In this document: positions 46,094 through 55,069 of the stretch, piece after piece
How positions within the stretch are numbered: position 1 is the stretch's first letter
How the letters are laid out: the number at the start of each line of letters is the position of its first letter
Assembly (NCBI GenBank): GCA_038065555.1
Contig: JBBTQS010000001.1
Location: 741 to 64,740 of the forward strand
From: Patescibacteria group bacterium
GTDB taxonomy: Bacteria > Patescibacteriota > Patescibacteriia > Magasanikbacterales > JBBTQS01
Length of the DNA: 64,000 nucleotides
Direction of reading: 5' to 3'
Made by a program: the position numbers and the translations under genes
The notes under the pieces: generated by a model
The model's database searches: none
What the model was told of the DNA's origin: nothing
The model's input: the letters and a program-made list of their open reading frames with translations, nothing else

Positions 46094-47266
46094 TTAGTTG
46101 AGAGAAAGTAATGCGGTGTAGAGACCTTCGGTCTGTTCCATCATGCGGTCGAGCGAATAACGCTCAGTTGCGCGGATGCGAGCTGCGGCGCTCATGCGCG
46201 TCGCGTCTTGGGAGGATTCTACCATTCGGGAGATTTGTGCAGCAAGGTCAGCAGGGTCGTTCTCGTTTGCGAGTAATCCTGTCTTCTCGTGCTCGATGAG
46301 TGACTCAATAAGGGGCACACGAGTCGCCACAATAGGAACGCCTGCAGCTGCGGCTTCGATCACGCTCGTGTTGGGACCGATCCATTGGTTGCCCTTCGCA
46401 TCTCGTGAGAATGTCTGTACGTAGACGTCGCTTGCAGCGAGCAATTCGTACACGTCGGTGCGTGCGCCGAGGAAGTGAATGCGATCTGCGATTCCGAGTG
46501 TCTTGGCTTGTTCGCGCAACTGTGATTCGAGCGGCCCCCAGCCAGCGAGCATGAGATGCGCGCGCGGAACCTGCGCCATCGCTGCAATGAGTTCATCATG
46601 CCCCTTCCACGAAATAAGTCGCGCGGTCATGAGGACTAGTGGTACATCTGTCGGAATGCCGAGCTCTTCGCGCTTCTTCGTGCGGTTAGTGTCTGCATGA
46701 ACCGCTGCGATCTTCGCAACGTCAACGCCTGCAACAATGGTGAAATGTCGGCGGCCTTTGTCCCATTCTTCGCGAGTAAATGGTGCTGACGATCCGCCGT
46801 AATGTTGTTCGATTCCTTCGGTTGCACCAGTCCATGCCTGTGCCAGCGGCAGCGTGAGACGATCGAGCCAGTACACACGCTTGGTGTATGCAACGGGCAA
46901 GTTGCACTGCGTGCTGATGGTGTGTCGAATTCCAGCGATGCGCGCGGCAACGCGACCTACCGTTCCAGCGTAGGGGAGATATGTGTGTACGATTGCTGGT
47001 TTTTCGCGACGCAAGAATGCAACGAGTCTCTTGAACTCATTGCGCGTGAATCGCTGTTCGCCGCCGATGGATGTCACTCGAGCGCCAGTCTGGAGAATTT
47101 CATCCAGAACGGTTTTGGTTTCAGGTGGGAAGATGCGCTCAGATTTGAGGAATACAACGTGGAGCGAGAATTTGGACTTGTCCAGACGCGCCGCAATGTC
47201 GAGAATGATGCGCTGTGCTCCGCCGCGCAGGAGTTCGTTCACGATGATGACAACGGATTTGGGCAT
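46094..47266 (-). CDS. Glycosyltransferase family 4
   Basis: FSRDAKGNQWIGPNTSVIEAAAAGVPIVATR is a GT4 motif region. Confidence 0.8.
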   Translation of the reverse strand: MPKSVVIIVNELLRGGAQRIILDIAARLDKSKFSLHVVFLKSERIFPPETKTVLDEILQTGARVTSIGGEQRFTRNEFKRLVAFLRREKPAIVHTYLPYAGTVGRVAARIAGIRHTISTQCNLPVAYTKRVYWLDRLTLPLAQAWTGATEGIEQHYGGSSAPFTREEWDKGRRHFTIVAGVDVAKIAAVHADTNRTKKREELGIPTDVPLVLMTARLISWKGHDELIAAMAQVPRAHLMLAGWGPLESQLREQAKTLGIADRIHFLGARTDVYELLAASDVYVQTFSRDAKGNQWIGPNTSVIEAAAAGVPIVATRVPLIESLIEHEKTGLLANENDPADLAAQISRMVESSQDATRMSAAARIRATERYSLDRMMEQTEGLYTALLSLN

Positions 47267-47275
47267 AGATTGAAA

Positions 47276-48193
47276 TTAGCGCAACGACTTCACTGCGTCG
47301 GCAATGCCTGTAGCAGTGAGACGATATCGCTCGAGGAAATGGTCTTGCATTCCGACACCTTTCGGGAATTCGTCGGTGATTGCGATGCGTGTGAATGCTG
47401 CGGGAGACACGCCAGCGTCAGCAAGTGCTTCAAGTACCGCGCTACCAAATCCACCGTGCGTAAGATGCTCTTCCACTGTCACGATGCCGCCAGTTTCGCG
47501 AGCGGCACTGATGACTGCGTCTGTGTCGAGCGGCTTCCAGGTGTGCATGCTCACAACGCGGCAGTGAATACCTTCGGCAGCAAGCGAATCTGCAGCCGCA
47601 ATAGCATTGGGCAATTGGCGACCTGTTACCAGAATCGTCGCGTCTTTGCCATCGCGAACTGGGAGTGCGCGGCCCAGTGTCACAGGAACATCAGCTGCGT
47701 GCACCACAGGTTCACCGCGCTTTGCAATGCGCATGTATGCTGGCTTGCCTCTGGTGTACATGGCGCGGGTGAGCGCAGCTACTTCGTGTGGATCGCCAGG
47801 CGAGAGCACTGCCATATTGGGCAAAATGCGCATGATTCCTAGGTCTTCCAGAGGGAAGTGTGTACAGCCAAATGTGCTGTAGCTGAACGTGCTTCCAGAT
47901 CCAATAATGAAGACTGGCAAATCTTGGTACGCAATATCGTTGCGGATTTGTTCGTAGCAGCGCATGGTCGCAAATGTCGCGATCGAGTAGGCAAAAACCT
48001 TCTTGCCAGCGAGCGCAAGTCCCGCTGCAACGCCCATGAGATTCTGCTCGGCGACACCAACATTGAGATACTGGCGTGGAAATTGCTTCATGAAATCCTC
48101 GAACACAGAGTAGCCCAAGTCGCCAGTCAACAAAAAGACGTTGGGATCTTCGGCAGCAAGTTGTGTGAGCGTGCGGACAAATGTTGGGCGCAT
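47276..48193 (-). CDS. Transketolase, C-terminal (pyrimidine-binding) subunit
   Basis: EQNLMGVAAGLALAGKKVF, THFPLEDLGIMRILPNMAV and TVEEHLTHGGFGS. It is the split-TK C-terminal half. Alternative TTG start at 48202. Confidence 0.85.
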   Translation of the reverse strand: MRPTFVRTLTQLAAEDPNVFLLTGDLGYSVFEDFMKQFPRQYLNVGVAEQNLMGVAAGLALAGKKVFAYSIATFATMRCYEQIRNDIAYQDLPVFIIGSGSTFSYSTFGCTHFPLEDLGIMRILPNMAVLSPGDPHEVAALTRAMYTRGKPAYMRIAKRGEPVVHAADVPVTLGRALPVRDGKDATILVTGRQLPNAIAAADSLAAEGIHCRVVSMHTWKPLDTDAVISAARETGGIVTVEEHLTHGGFGSAVLEALADAGVSPAAFTRIAITDEFPKGVGMQDHFLERYRLTATGIADAVKSLR

Positions 48194-48194
48194 A

Positions 48195-49022
48195 TTAACC
48201 AAGTTCAGCTACAGCCGCGGCAAGATCCTCGGGCTTGAGATTTTTGTAATGCCAGTCTACGGTGTTCTCCATGTAGGAGACGCCTTTGCCCTTCACCGTG
48301 TGTGCGATGAGGACGAGCGGCTTGTCAGTGAGTCTGGGAGACTCGAGTGCTGTCACGATTTCGGTGAAGTCGTGGCCATTCACTTCGCGGACTTCCCAAC
48401 CCATCGATTCCCACTTGGTTGTGAAGGGTTCGAGATCAATGACGTCCTTGGTCATGCCAAATCCCTGACTCTTGTTGTAATCCACGAGTGCGATGAGATT
48501 GTTTGCACGCAAATGTCCTGCAAGCATTGCTGCTTCCCAGGTTGATCCTTCGTCGCATTCGCCGTCGCTCAAGACGACGAACGTTCGCCATGGCGCGCTG
48601 TCGTGTCGTGCAGCGAGTGCAAGTCCGAGTCCCATCGGCAGTCCGTGTCCAAGTGCTCCAGAAGTTGCTTCAATTCCTGGCGCAGAACCGTGCACAGGAT
48701 GCACCGCAAGTACGGTGTTGTCCTTTCCGTACACGTCGAGATGTGACGCAGGGAAGAATCCGCGTGTCTCAAGTGTTGCATAGAGTCCAAGTGCGCCGTG
48801 TCCTTTGCTCAGAATACAGCGATCGCGTTGTGGATTCTGAGGTTGCGTCGGATCAATGCGCATGACGCGGAAGTACAGTGCAACGAGAAGGTCAACTGGA
48901 GAGAGCGACGATCCAATGTGGCAGCAACCGCTCTGACTTGCAACCGTCAGGATGCGCGCGCGAATCGTGCGAGCAGTCTCTTGCAACTGCATGATTTCGT
49001 TAGAGGAAAGTGGGGTGTTCAT
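48195..49022 (-). CDS. Transketolase, N-terminal (ThDP-binding) subunit
   Basis: GHIGSSLS, VLSDGECDEGSTWEA and LIALVDYN are ThDP-binding fold motifs. The start could alternatively be the internal ATG at 48992. Confidence 0.85.
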   Translation of the reverse strand: MNTPLSSNEIMQLQETARTIRARILTVASQSGCCHIGSSLSPVDLLVALYFRVMRIDPTQPQNPQRDRCILSKGHGALGLYATLETRGFFPASHLDVYGKDNTVLAVHPVHGSAPGIEATSGALGHGLPMGLGLALAARHDSAPWRTFVVLSDGECDEGSTWEAAMLAGHLRANNLIALVDYNKSQGFGMTKDVIDLEPFTTKWESMGWEVREVNGHDFTEIVTALESPRLTDKPLVLIAHTVKGKGVSYMENTVDWHYKNLKPEDLAAAVAELG

Positions 49023-49935
49023 AAAACCAGGAAAGTGTTCGTGTAATACCAGCTTCGAGTGTGATCTTGGGCGACCACCCGAGGACTTCGCGCGTGTGTG
49101 TCATGTCTGCTTGCCAGAATGGAACATCGGCATTGCGTGCTGCAATTGCACCCACAGCTGTCTTGATCTCTTTGCCACTTACGCGCGCAATGGTGTCCAC
49201 CATTTCGCTAATAGGAATTTGTACTCCAGAGCCGAGATTGAAAATCGCTCCGGCGTGTACGTGTGTGCTCGCGAAGAGCATTGCATCAATAACATCGTCC
49301 ACATGAATGAAATCGCGTGGAGTAGTCGGGTCTGAAATCGGCAACTCTGTGCCTTGCATCGCTGCACGCACTGCTGCAGGAACAAGACGTGTTGGCGCTT
49401 CGTACGCGCCGTAAACAGAGAAGGGTCGCACCGTCACAATCGGCATCTGTGCTTCGCGAGCAAGTCGCTGGCCGTGCAGTGTGGCCCACGCCTTTGCAAC
49501 GCCGTATGCGGTGTGTGGCTCGAGCACCATGTCCTCGCGCATTGGCGCGGATTTGACTCCGTATTCTGATGAGCTGCCAGTGTGGATGATCGCGCGAATA
49601 CTCTCGACCCCACGGCACGCTTCGTAGAGCGCAGCAGTTCCATCAATAATCACGTGACGGATCTGCGTCTCGTCGTTTTGTCCGCGATTGCCGCCGTAGT
49701 GGGCGAGATGGAAGACGCGCTCGGGTGCAACAGACGTAATGATCTCGCGCAAGCGCGCAGCATCCGTGATATCGCATGTGTGGAATGTCACGCGGCCGTC
49801 GAGTTCTGTGTTGCGCGCTGCATTTGCTGAGTCTGGTCGCACGATCGCGTGGACTGTGTCGCCCACAGCCAATAACGCGCGCACAAGATTGGCGCCAATG
49901 AATCCGTGTGCACCGGTAACAATCGACGCTGACAT
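49000..49935 (-). CDS. NAD-dependent sugar epimerase/dehydratase (SDR family)
   Basis: VTGAHGFIGANLVRAL Rossmann start and YGVAKAW catalytic YxxxK. Confidence 0.8.
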   Translation of the reverse strand: MSASIVTGAHGFIGANLVRALLAVGDTVHAIVRPDSANAARNTELDGRVTFHTCDITDAARLREIITSVAPERVFHLAHYGGNRGQNDETQIRHVIIDGTAALYEACRGVESIRAIIHTGSSSEYGVKSAPMREDMVLEPHTAYGVAKAWATLHGQRLAREAQMPIVTVRPFSVYGAYEAPTRLVPAAVRAAMQGTELPISDPTTPRDFIHVDDVIDAMLFASTHVHAGAIFNLGSGVQIPISEMVDTIARVSGKEIKTAVGAIAARNADVPFWQADMTHTREVLGWSPKITLEAGITRTLSWFYEHPTFL

Positions 49936-49951
49936 ACGCGCGCGAGTGAAA

Positions 49952-51037
49952 TTAATGAAGCTCGACTTTGCCCTCAGCTGTCATGATCGGTACATGACGC
50001 ATCCAGACTTTGCGCTCCCACCATGGGCGATTTTGTACATACCACGCGATGGTGCGCTCGAGATTTTCTTCGAATGAGTGCTCTGGCTGCCAGCCGAGGC
50101 GTTCGGTGATCTTTGCAGCATTACCGATGTGCTTGAATACTTGTCCTGGGCGATCGCCGATGTTGATCGTGTGTGATGTGAACTGGAGTTCGCTCGCATT
50201 CTTGCGCAACATCGATGTGATGAGATTCGCGATTTCGAGCACAGAAATTGCTCGACCACTTGCGACGTTGAACACTTCGCCGTTGACCTTGTCATCAGGT
50301 GCAAGAATGATGAGCTCAAGTGCGCGTGCGAGATCCGTTGCATACGTGAAGTCGCGCATGGATTCACCGCGACCATGCACCGTCATTGGTTCTTCCAGAA
50401 GTGCGCTTGTTGCAAAACGTGGAATCAACTTCTCGAGATGTTGGTTCGGACCGAACACGTTGAATGGACGTACAATCACTGCTGGGATTTGGTACGTTGC
50501 AATATAGGAGTAGACGAGACGGTCAGCTCCTGCCTTCGCTGCAGCGTATGGCGATTGTGGCTCGAGAGGATGGACTTCATCCATCGGTTCGTAGCGCGCT
50601 GTTCCGTATACTTCGGAAGTTGAGATGTGGATGAAGCGGCGAATCGTCTTGCGATGGCGCAATACCGCATTGGCGATAGCGCGCGTACCCATGACATCTG
50701 TCTCGAAGAATTCCGCGTCACCGTAGATGGAGCGTGCAACGTGTGTTTCTGCGGCGAAGTGAATGATTACTTCGGACTGCGCAACCAATGTATCGACGAG
50801 GCGCTCGTTGCGCACATCGCCGTACCAAAATGTAAATCGAGAAGACTGGTGGAACTCGTCATCAATATTCTTGATGTCTCCTGCATAGGTGAGGAGATCG
50901 AGCACGTGAAAATGCGCTTCTGGGAATCGATTCCACAGATAGCGCAACGTGTTGCTGCCAATGAATCCCGCACCGCCAGTAATGAGAATCGATCGCGGTG
51001 CTGTTCCAGGGGTAAATCGCTCGTTTTGCTCTGACAT
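49952..51037 (-). CDS. NDP-sugar 4,6-dehydratase (RfbB-like)
   Basis: ITGGAGFIGSN..DLLTYAGD..YAAAKAG matches the dTDP-glucose 4,6-dehydratase pattern (DKLTYAGN-like). Confidence 0.8.
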   Translation of the reverse strand: MSEQNERFTPGTAPRSILITGGAGFIGSNTLRYLWNRFPEAHFHVLDLLTYAGDIKNIDDEFHQSSRFTFWYGDVRNERLVDTLVAQSEVIIHFAAETHVARSIYGDAEFFETDVMGTRAIANAVLRHRKTIRRFIHISTSEVYGTARYEPMDEVHPLEPQSPYAAAKAGADRLVYSYIATYQIPAVIVRPFNVFGPNQHLEKLIPRFATSALLEEPMTVHGRGESMRDFTYATDLARALELIILAPDDKVNGEVFNVASGRAISVLEIANLITSMLRKNASELQFTSHTINIGDRPGQVFKHIGNAAKITERLGWQPEHSFEENLERTIAWYVQNRPWWERKVWMRHVPIMTAEGKVELH

Positions 51038-51112
51038 GCTGTACTTTTATTGATCTGATGGGTATGATAGCCACGGATGTAAAAAAACGCAAGGGTTACA
51101 GACGAATCGACT

Positions 51113-51745
51113 ATGCCAAGTATTTTTCGAACCAAAACACATGACGCGTTGCGTGGCCTCCCGCTGACAGGTCGAGTGGTTGATTTGGGCGGTGAACGCG
51201 GTGATCCGTATCACGCGCTTTTTGCAGGAACATTCACCGTAGAAACAGTGAATCTCAACACCAAGACTGCTCCAGACGTACTCGCTGATCTTGAGGCTCC
51301 ACTTCCATTCAAGGACGAGGAGTATGACGGCGCAATACTCATGAATGTACTCGAGCATGTGCTCGAAGCGCAGCAACTCGTGCGCGAGACGCATCGCGTG
51401 CTCAAGACGGGGAGTGTGGCGTACGCTGTCGTGCCATTTTTGTTTCCCATTCACCCAAGTCCAAAAGATTTTCATCGATTTACTTCTGATGCGCTCGTGC
51501 ATCTCTTTGCGCGCGGCGGATTCAAGAGTGTGAAGGTGCAGGTTATTGGCGGAGGCGTGTTCACGGTGCGCCATCTCCTGATTTCGAGATTGTATCCACG
51601 TCCGTTGGCCGCGGTCATAGAACCGATTGGTGCATGGTGTGCTCAAATGTGTGATCGGATCTTCGCTGCGCTTGCGCGAAGCTCTGGCAAAGGATATCGA
51701 CCAGAGCATTACCCGCTCGGGTATCTTGTCGAAGCAAAGAAATAA
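51113..51745 (+). CDS. Class I SAM-dependent methyltransferase
   Basis: VVDLGGERG and MNVLEHV are methyltransferase motifs I and post-I. Confidence 0.7.
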   Translation: MPSIFRTKTHDALRGLPLTGRVVDLGGERGDPYHALFAGTFTVETVNLNTKTAPDVLADLEAPLPFKDEEYDGAILMNVLEHVLEAQQLVRETHRVLKTGSVAYAVVPFLFPIHPSPKDFHRFTSDALVHLFARGGFKSVKVQVIGGGVFTVRHLLISRLYPRPLAAVIEPIGAWCAQMCDRIFAALARSSGKGYRPEHYPLGYLVEAKK

Positions 51746-51747
51746 CT

Positions 51748-52716
51748 ATGCAGTGTGGCGTTTGTTTGCGTGAGACTGCGTGTACACAACGAGAGACATA
51801 TCGTGAATTTTCGTTGTGGGAATGTGCACAGTGTTCTGGTCAATTCTGGAATCCGATGACCAATCCTGGAGCCGCGTGGTATGAGAAGGACGAACGCTAC
51901 AGTGATCGCAACGCTGCGCCACTGCGCAGACCTGTGCATACGCATCGCGCATTTCTGGACGAGAATCCAGCGCCAGGTGGTCGTGTGCTTGATGTGGGCA
52001 TGGGAACGGGTAATTTTCTCTCAGCAGCAAAGCAAAAGGGATATGAAGTTTGGGGGATTGATTTCGATCGCGACGCTATTGCGGTTGCACGAGAGCAATT
52101 CGGGCTCGAGCATGTGCATGTGGCGTCCCTCGAGCAGTTGCGTGAGCAATTTCCTGACAAACAATTCAACGCGATTACATTGTTTGAAGTGCTCGAGCAT
52201 GTAGAATCTCCGTCGGCGCTCATGCAGTCGATCCACAGCGCGCTTGCTGATGGCGGATATGTGGCAATTAGCGTGCCATATCGTCGTGGTTCGCGTCTTT
52301 TGATGCCAGCAGATTTGCCTCCGCGCCATCTCACGCGTTGGAATCGAGCGGCAATGCGTAATCTATTAGAACAACATGGATTTGAAGTGGTGCGGTTTCG
52401 TTGTTTTGCAGCGTCACTCACGTATGTGGTGACGAAATTTCATTTTTGGACGCGCGGATATCTGAGCTTTGGGTTAGTGAACAAGTTGAAGCGGCGTACG
52501 ATGGCGTCGTCCACTACCGGAGCAGCTGCACCGCAGTCTGCTGGTGCGACATCTGTGCGTCCTGCGCGCAGTGTCAGCGCGCTCTTCATCCTTGCGAAGA
52601 CAAAGGATTACGTATTGTTCACAATCCCTGCGCTTGTGCTCATGGCGTATTTGGCGATGCGCGGTGAATTGCGTATCAGTCTCTACGCACTTGCACGCAA
52701 GAAATCAACCGTATGA
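51748..52716 (+). CDS. Class I SAM-dependent methyltransferase with N-terminal Cys4 zinc ribbon
   Basis: CGVC..CAQC ribbon; VLDVGMGTGNF motif I; FEVLEHV. Confidence 0.75.
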   Translation: MQCGVCLRETACTQRETYREFSLWECAQCSGQFWNPMTNPGAAWYEKDERYSDRNAAPLRRPVHTHRAFLDENPAPGGRVLDVGMGTGNFLSAAKQKGYEVWGIDFDRDAIAVAREQFGLEHVHVASLEQLREQFPDKQFNAITLFEVLEHVESPSALMQSIHSALADGGYVAISVPYRRGSRLLMPADLPPRHLTRWNRAAMRNLLEQHGFEVVRFRCFAASLTYVVTKFHFWTRGYLSFGLVNKLKRRTMASSTTGAAAPQSAGATSVRPARSVSALFILAKTKDYVLFTIPALVLMAYLAMRGELRISLYALARKKSTV

Positions 52717-53981
52717 TGCAAGGTCTTCGACAATGGGCGTACCGGTTGCTGCGACGCACGGAGATCTATTTCAAAACAGATATGGTCTCGCTCACGAAGA
52801 GTGGGTTTTGGCTCGCCGCAGCGCAAGGCGTTGCTGCAGTTACGTCATTTCTGTTGTCGATTGCATTTGCGTATTTCCTTCCACAAGAAGTGTACGGTCA
52901 CTACAAATTCTTTCTCTCGATTGCGGCAATTATCAGCGCCGTATCTCTCACAGGTCTGAGCATCCCAGTGACACAACTAGTTGCACAGGGCAAAGAGCGC
53001 GCGTTGCGCATTGCATTTCGACAGAACATTCGCTGGAGTATTCCACTTATGCTCGTGGCTGCTGCTGGCGTGGTGTATTACCTGCTGCAAGACAATATAT
53101 TGTTGGCGTATGGCGTCGGCGTGATTGGATTGTGCGCGCCATTTATCAATGGTGGCGGACTCTACAGTGCGTACTGGTCGGGCAAATCTGACTTCCGTAC
53201 GTATGCGCTCTATTGGGTGGCGGTCAATAGCACGACAGCACTTGCGATTCTCATGTGCATGTTCCTCACGCACTCTGAGTATGCGCTGGTTACCACGTAC
53301 TTTGTAGTGAGTGCAGTGACAAATATGATTGCGTATCTCATGGCATCGCGCAGCATCAGCGCGCACAAAGCCACAGCTGACGAAGACAAAATTGTTTCGT
53401 ACAGTCTGCATTTGAGCGCGATCAATCTCTTGCAGACAATCACGAGTCAAATCGATCGCATTCTCGTATTCCATTATGTGGGAGCAGCTGGAATGGCAGT
53501 GTACGCATTTGCTATCGCGATTCCAGATCAAGTGCGTGCGGTACTCAAGGGTGCGGCTCGCATCGCATTGCCCAAGTTCGCGACCCGCAGTCTCGATTCG
53601 ATTCAGCAAACGCTCACCGCAAAACTGTTGCGATTCGGTGTTGTAATACTTGTGCTCACGGCACTCTATGTCGTTGCTGCACCGTATATCTTCACGTGGT
53701 TGTTCCCGAAGTATATGGAGTCTGTGCCGTATTCGCAGTTGCTCGCGGCAACGATTATCACAGTGCTTGGATCAATGCCACTGGCTGCGCTACAGGCGCA
53801 TAGCGCAACGCGCGAGCTATACCAGCACGCGATTTTCATGAATATTATCCAGATCGTGCTCACGGTGACGCTCATTGCCAACTACGGACTCATGGGCGCG
53901 GTATGGGCAACGATTGCAACACGATTTATTTCTCTGGTTGTTCCGAGTGTGCTCCTAGCGATTCGAAAAGAGCGCTCATAA
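52713..53981 (+). CDS. wzx: Oligosaccharide flippase (Wzx/MOP superfamily)
   Basis: About 12 predicted TM helices. Family-typical length and composition. Confidence 0.7.
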   Translation: MMQGLRQWAYRLLRRTEIYFKTDMVSLTKSGFWLAAAQGVAAVTSFLLSIAFAYFLPQEVYGHYKFFLSIAAIISAVSLTGLSIPVTQLVAQGKERALRIAFRQNIRWSIPLMLVAAAGVVYYLLQDNILLAYGVGVIGLCAPFINGGGLYSAYWSGKSDFRTYALYWVAVNSTTALAILMCMFLTHSEYALVTTYFVVSAVTNMIAYLMASRSISAHKATADEDKIVSYSLHLSAINLLQTITSQIDRILVFHYVGAAGMAVYAFAIAIPDQVRAVLKGAARIALPKFATRSLDSIQQTLTAKLLRFGVVILVLTALYVVAAPYIFTWLFPKYMESVPYSQLLAATIITVLGSMPLAALQAHSATRELYQHAIFMNIIQIVLTVTLIANYGLMGAVWATIATRFISLVVPSVLLAIRKERS

Positions 53982-54996
53982 ATCGATCGTAGCGCAGCTG
54001 CGTGCGGAAGAGCTCGCGAGCGCGTTCTTGTCGTGCACGCCACGATTCGGGTGTGTGACTTGCGTAGTAATTGGCAACGCGGTCGGGGAGTGTGTGCAGC
54101 TCTGTATAGGGCACGCGCAAGATGACTGATTCGTAGTCGATCACGTCTTCGCGTGGCAATACACAGTCCGTATCAATGAGAATCGGCACGCGCCCGAGCG
54201 CCAATGCTTCGTAGAATCGAACTGAGAAATTGCCGTCACCCTTGGGTGCGAGCACGAAGTCGCTGTTGATCATAGAATCAACATATTCTTTGCGCGCTAC
54301 AACAGGATCCATTGAAATCGTTTTCTTACTCGCTGAGAACGTCTGGCGAATGATGAAATTCGTACGAACATGTGGTGAATTTGCAAGTGCACGCATTGCT
54401 GCACAACGGAAATAGATTCCTTTGCGGTGTACTTCCAAATGCGCATCGCGTGTTATCAATTTTCGCAGCGAAAGAAGGAGGTTCTTTATCTGATATTTCA
54501 CGTAAGCACTGTGTGAAGCAAATCCCGCCCATCCGCAAAAGCTAACGACAGGTGTATCGGATTTCTCACGCAGGTGTACGCCGAATTGCTCGCCGAGGTC
54601 TTCGACCAGAGGCGGCACGATGATTTCATTTGGTTGGCGCAAGTATCCGTACTGTGATCCTTTGCACAGTACGACGTCTGGTACAAAAACATCGTGTGAG
54701 AGGTCGCCACGCGTAAATACCACCACAGGCTTGCCAGCAGCGCGCGCTGCAGCAACCTGTACATCCAGATACGCGCGGATTGCAGGCGTCACGCGTCTGA
54801 TAGGTTGTGGTACGAGCACAATGTCAGCGTCCTCGTAATTCTCTACAAGCGTGAACCCTGTATAGCTGTAATCACTAGGAAGCGCCTGAGTGAAGAGTGT
54901 ATTCTCATGTGCCTGCGCCGCATTGCCGCGTGCTGATTGCACCAAGAATAATTCTGGTGATTCGTCGAACTTGGGCGCAAGCCACACGTGTTTCAT
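53926..54996 (-). CDS. Exostosin-like glycosyltransferase (GT47-like)
   Basis: FVLAPKGDGNFSVRFYEALALGRVPILIDTD matches the exostosin C-terminal motif (PRGDG..R..EAL..G.IPVI). ATG at 54996; the track ORF starts at GTG 55002. Confidence 0.7.
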   Translation of the reverse strand: MKHVWLAPKFDESPELFLVQSARGNAAQAHENTLFTQALPSDYSYTGFTLVENYEDADIVLVPQPIRRVTPAIRAYLDVQVAAARAAGKPVVVFTRGDLSHDVFVPDVVLCKGSQYGYLRQPNEIIVPPLVEDLGEQFGVHLREKSDTPVVSFCGWAGFASHSAYVKYQIKNLLLSLRKLITRDAHLEVHRKGIYFRCAAMRALANSPHVRTNFIIRQTFSASKKTISMDPVVARKEYVDSMINSDFVLAPKGDGNFSVRFYEALALGRVPILIDTDCVLPREDVIDYESVILRVPYTELHTLPDRVANYYASHTPESWRARQERARELFRTQLRYDRFMSALFESLGAHSEQPEK

Positions 54997-55069
54997 ATGC
55001 ACCTATCCTACCGTGGACCGACCCGTTCTTGCAAAAAGCATCTTTTTCGCGGCATACTACCCAAAACCT

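Noticed and set aside
46802-47842. 346-aa plus-strand ORF across the GT4 / transketolase genes
   Set aside because: It is antisense to two genes with clear family motifs. It is Cys-rich with nonsense composition.
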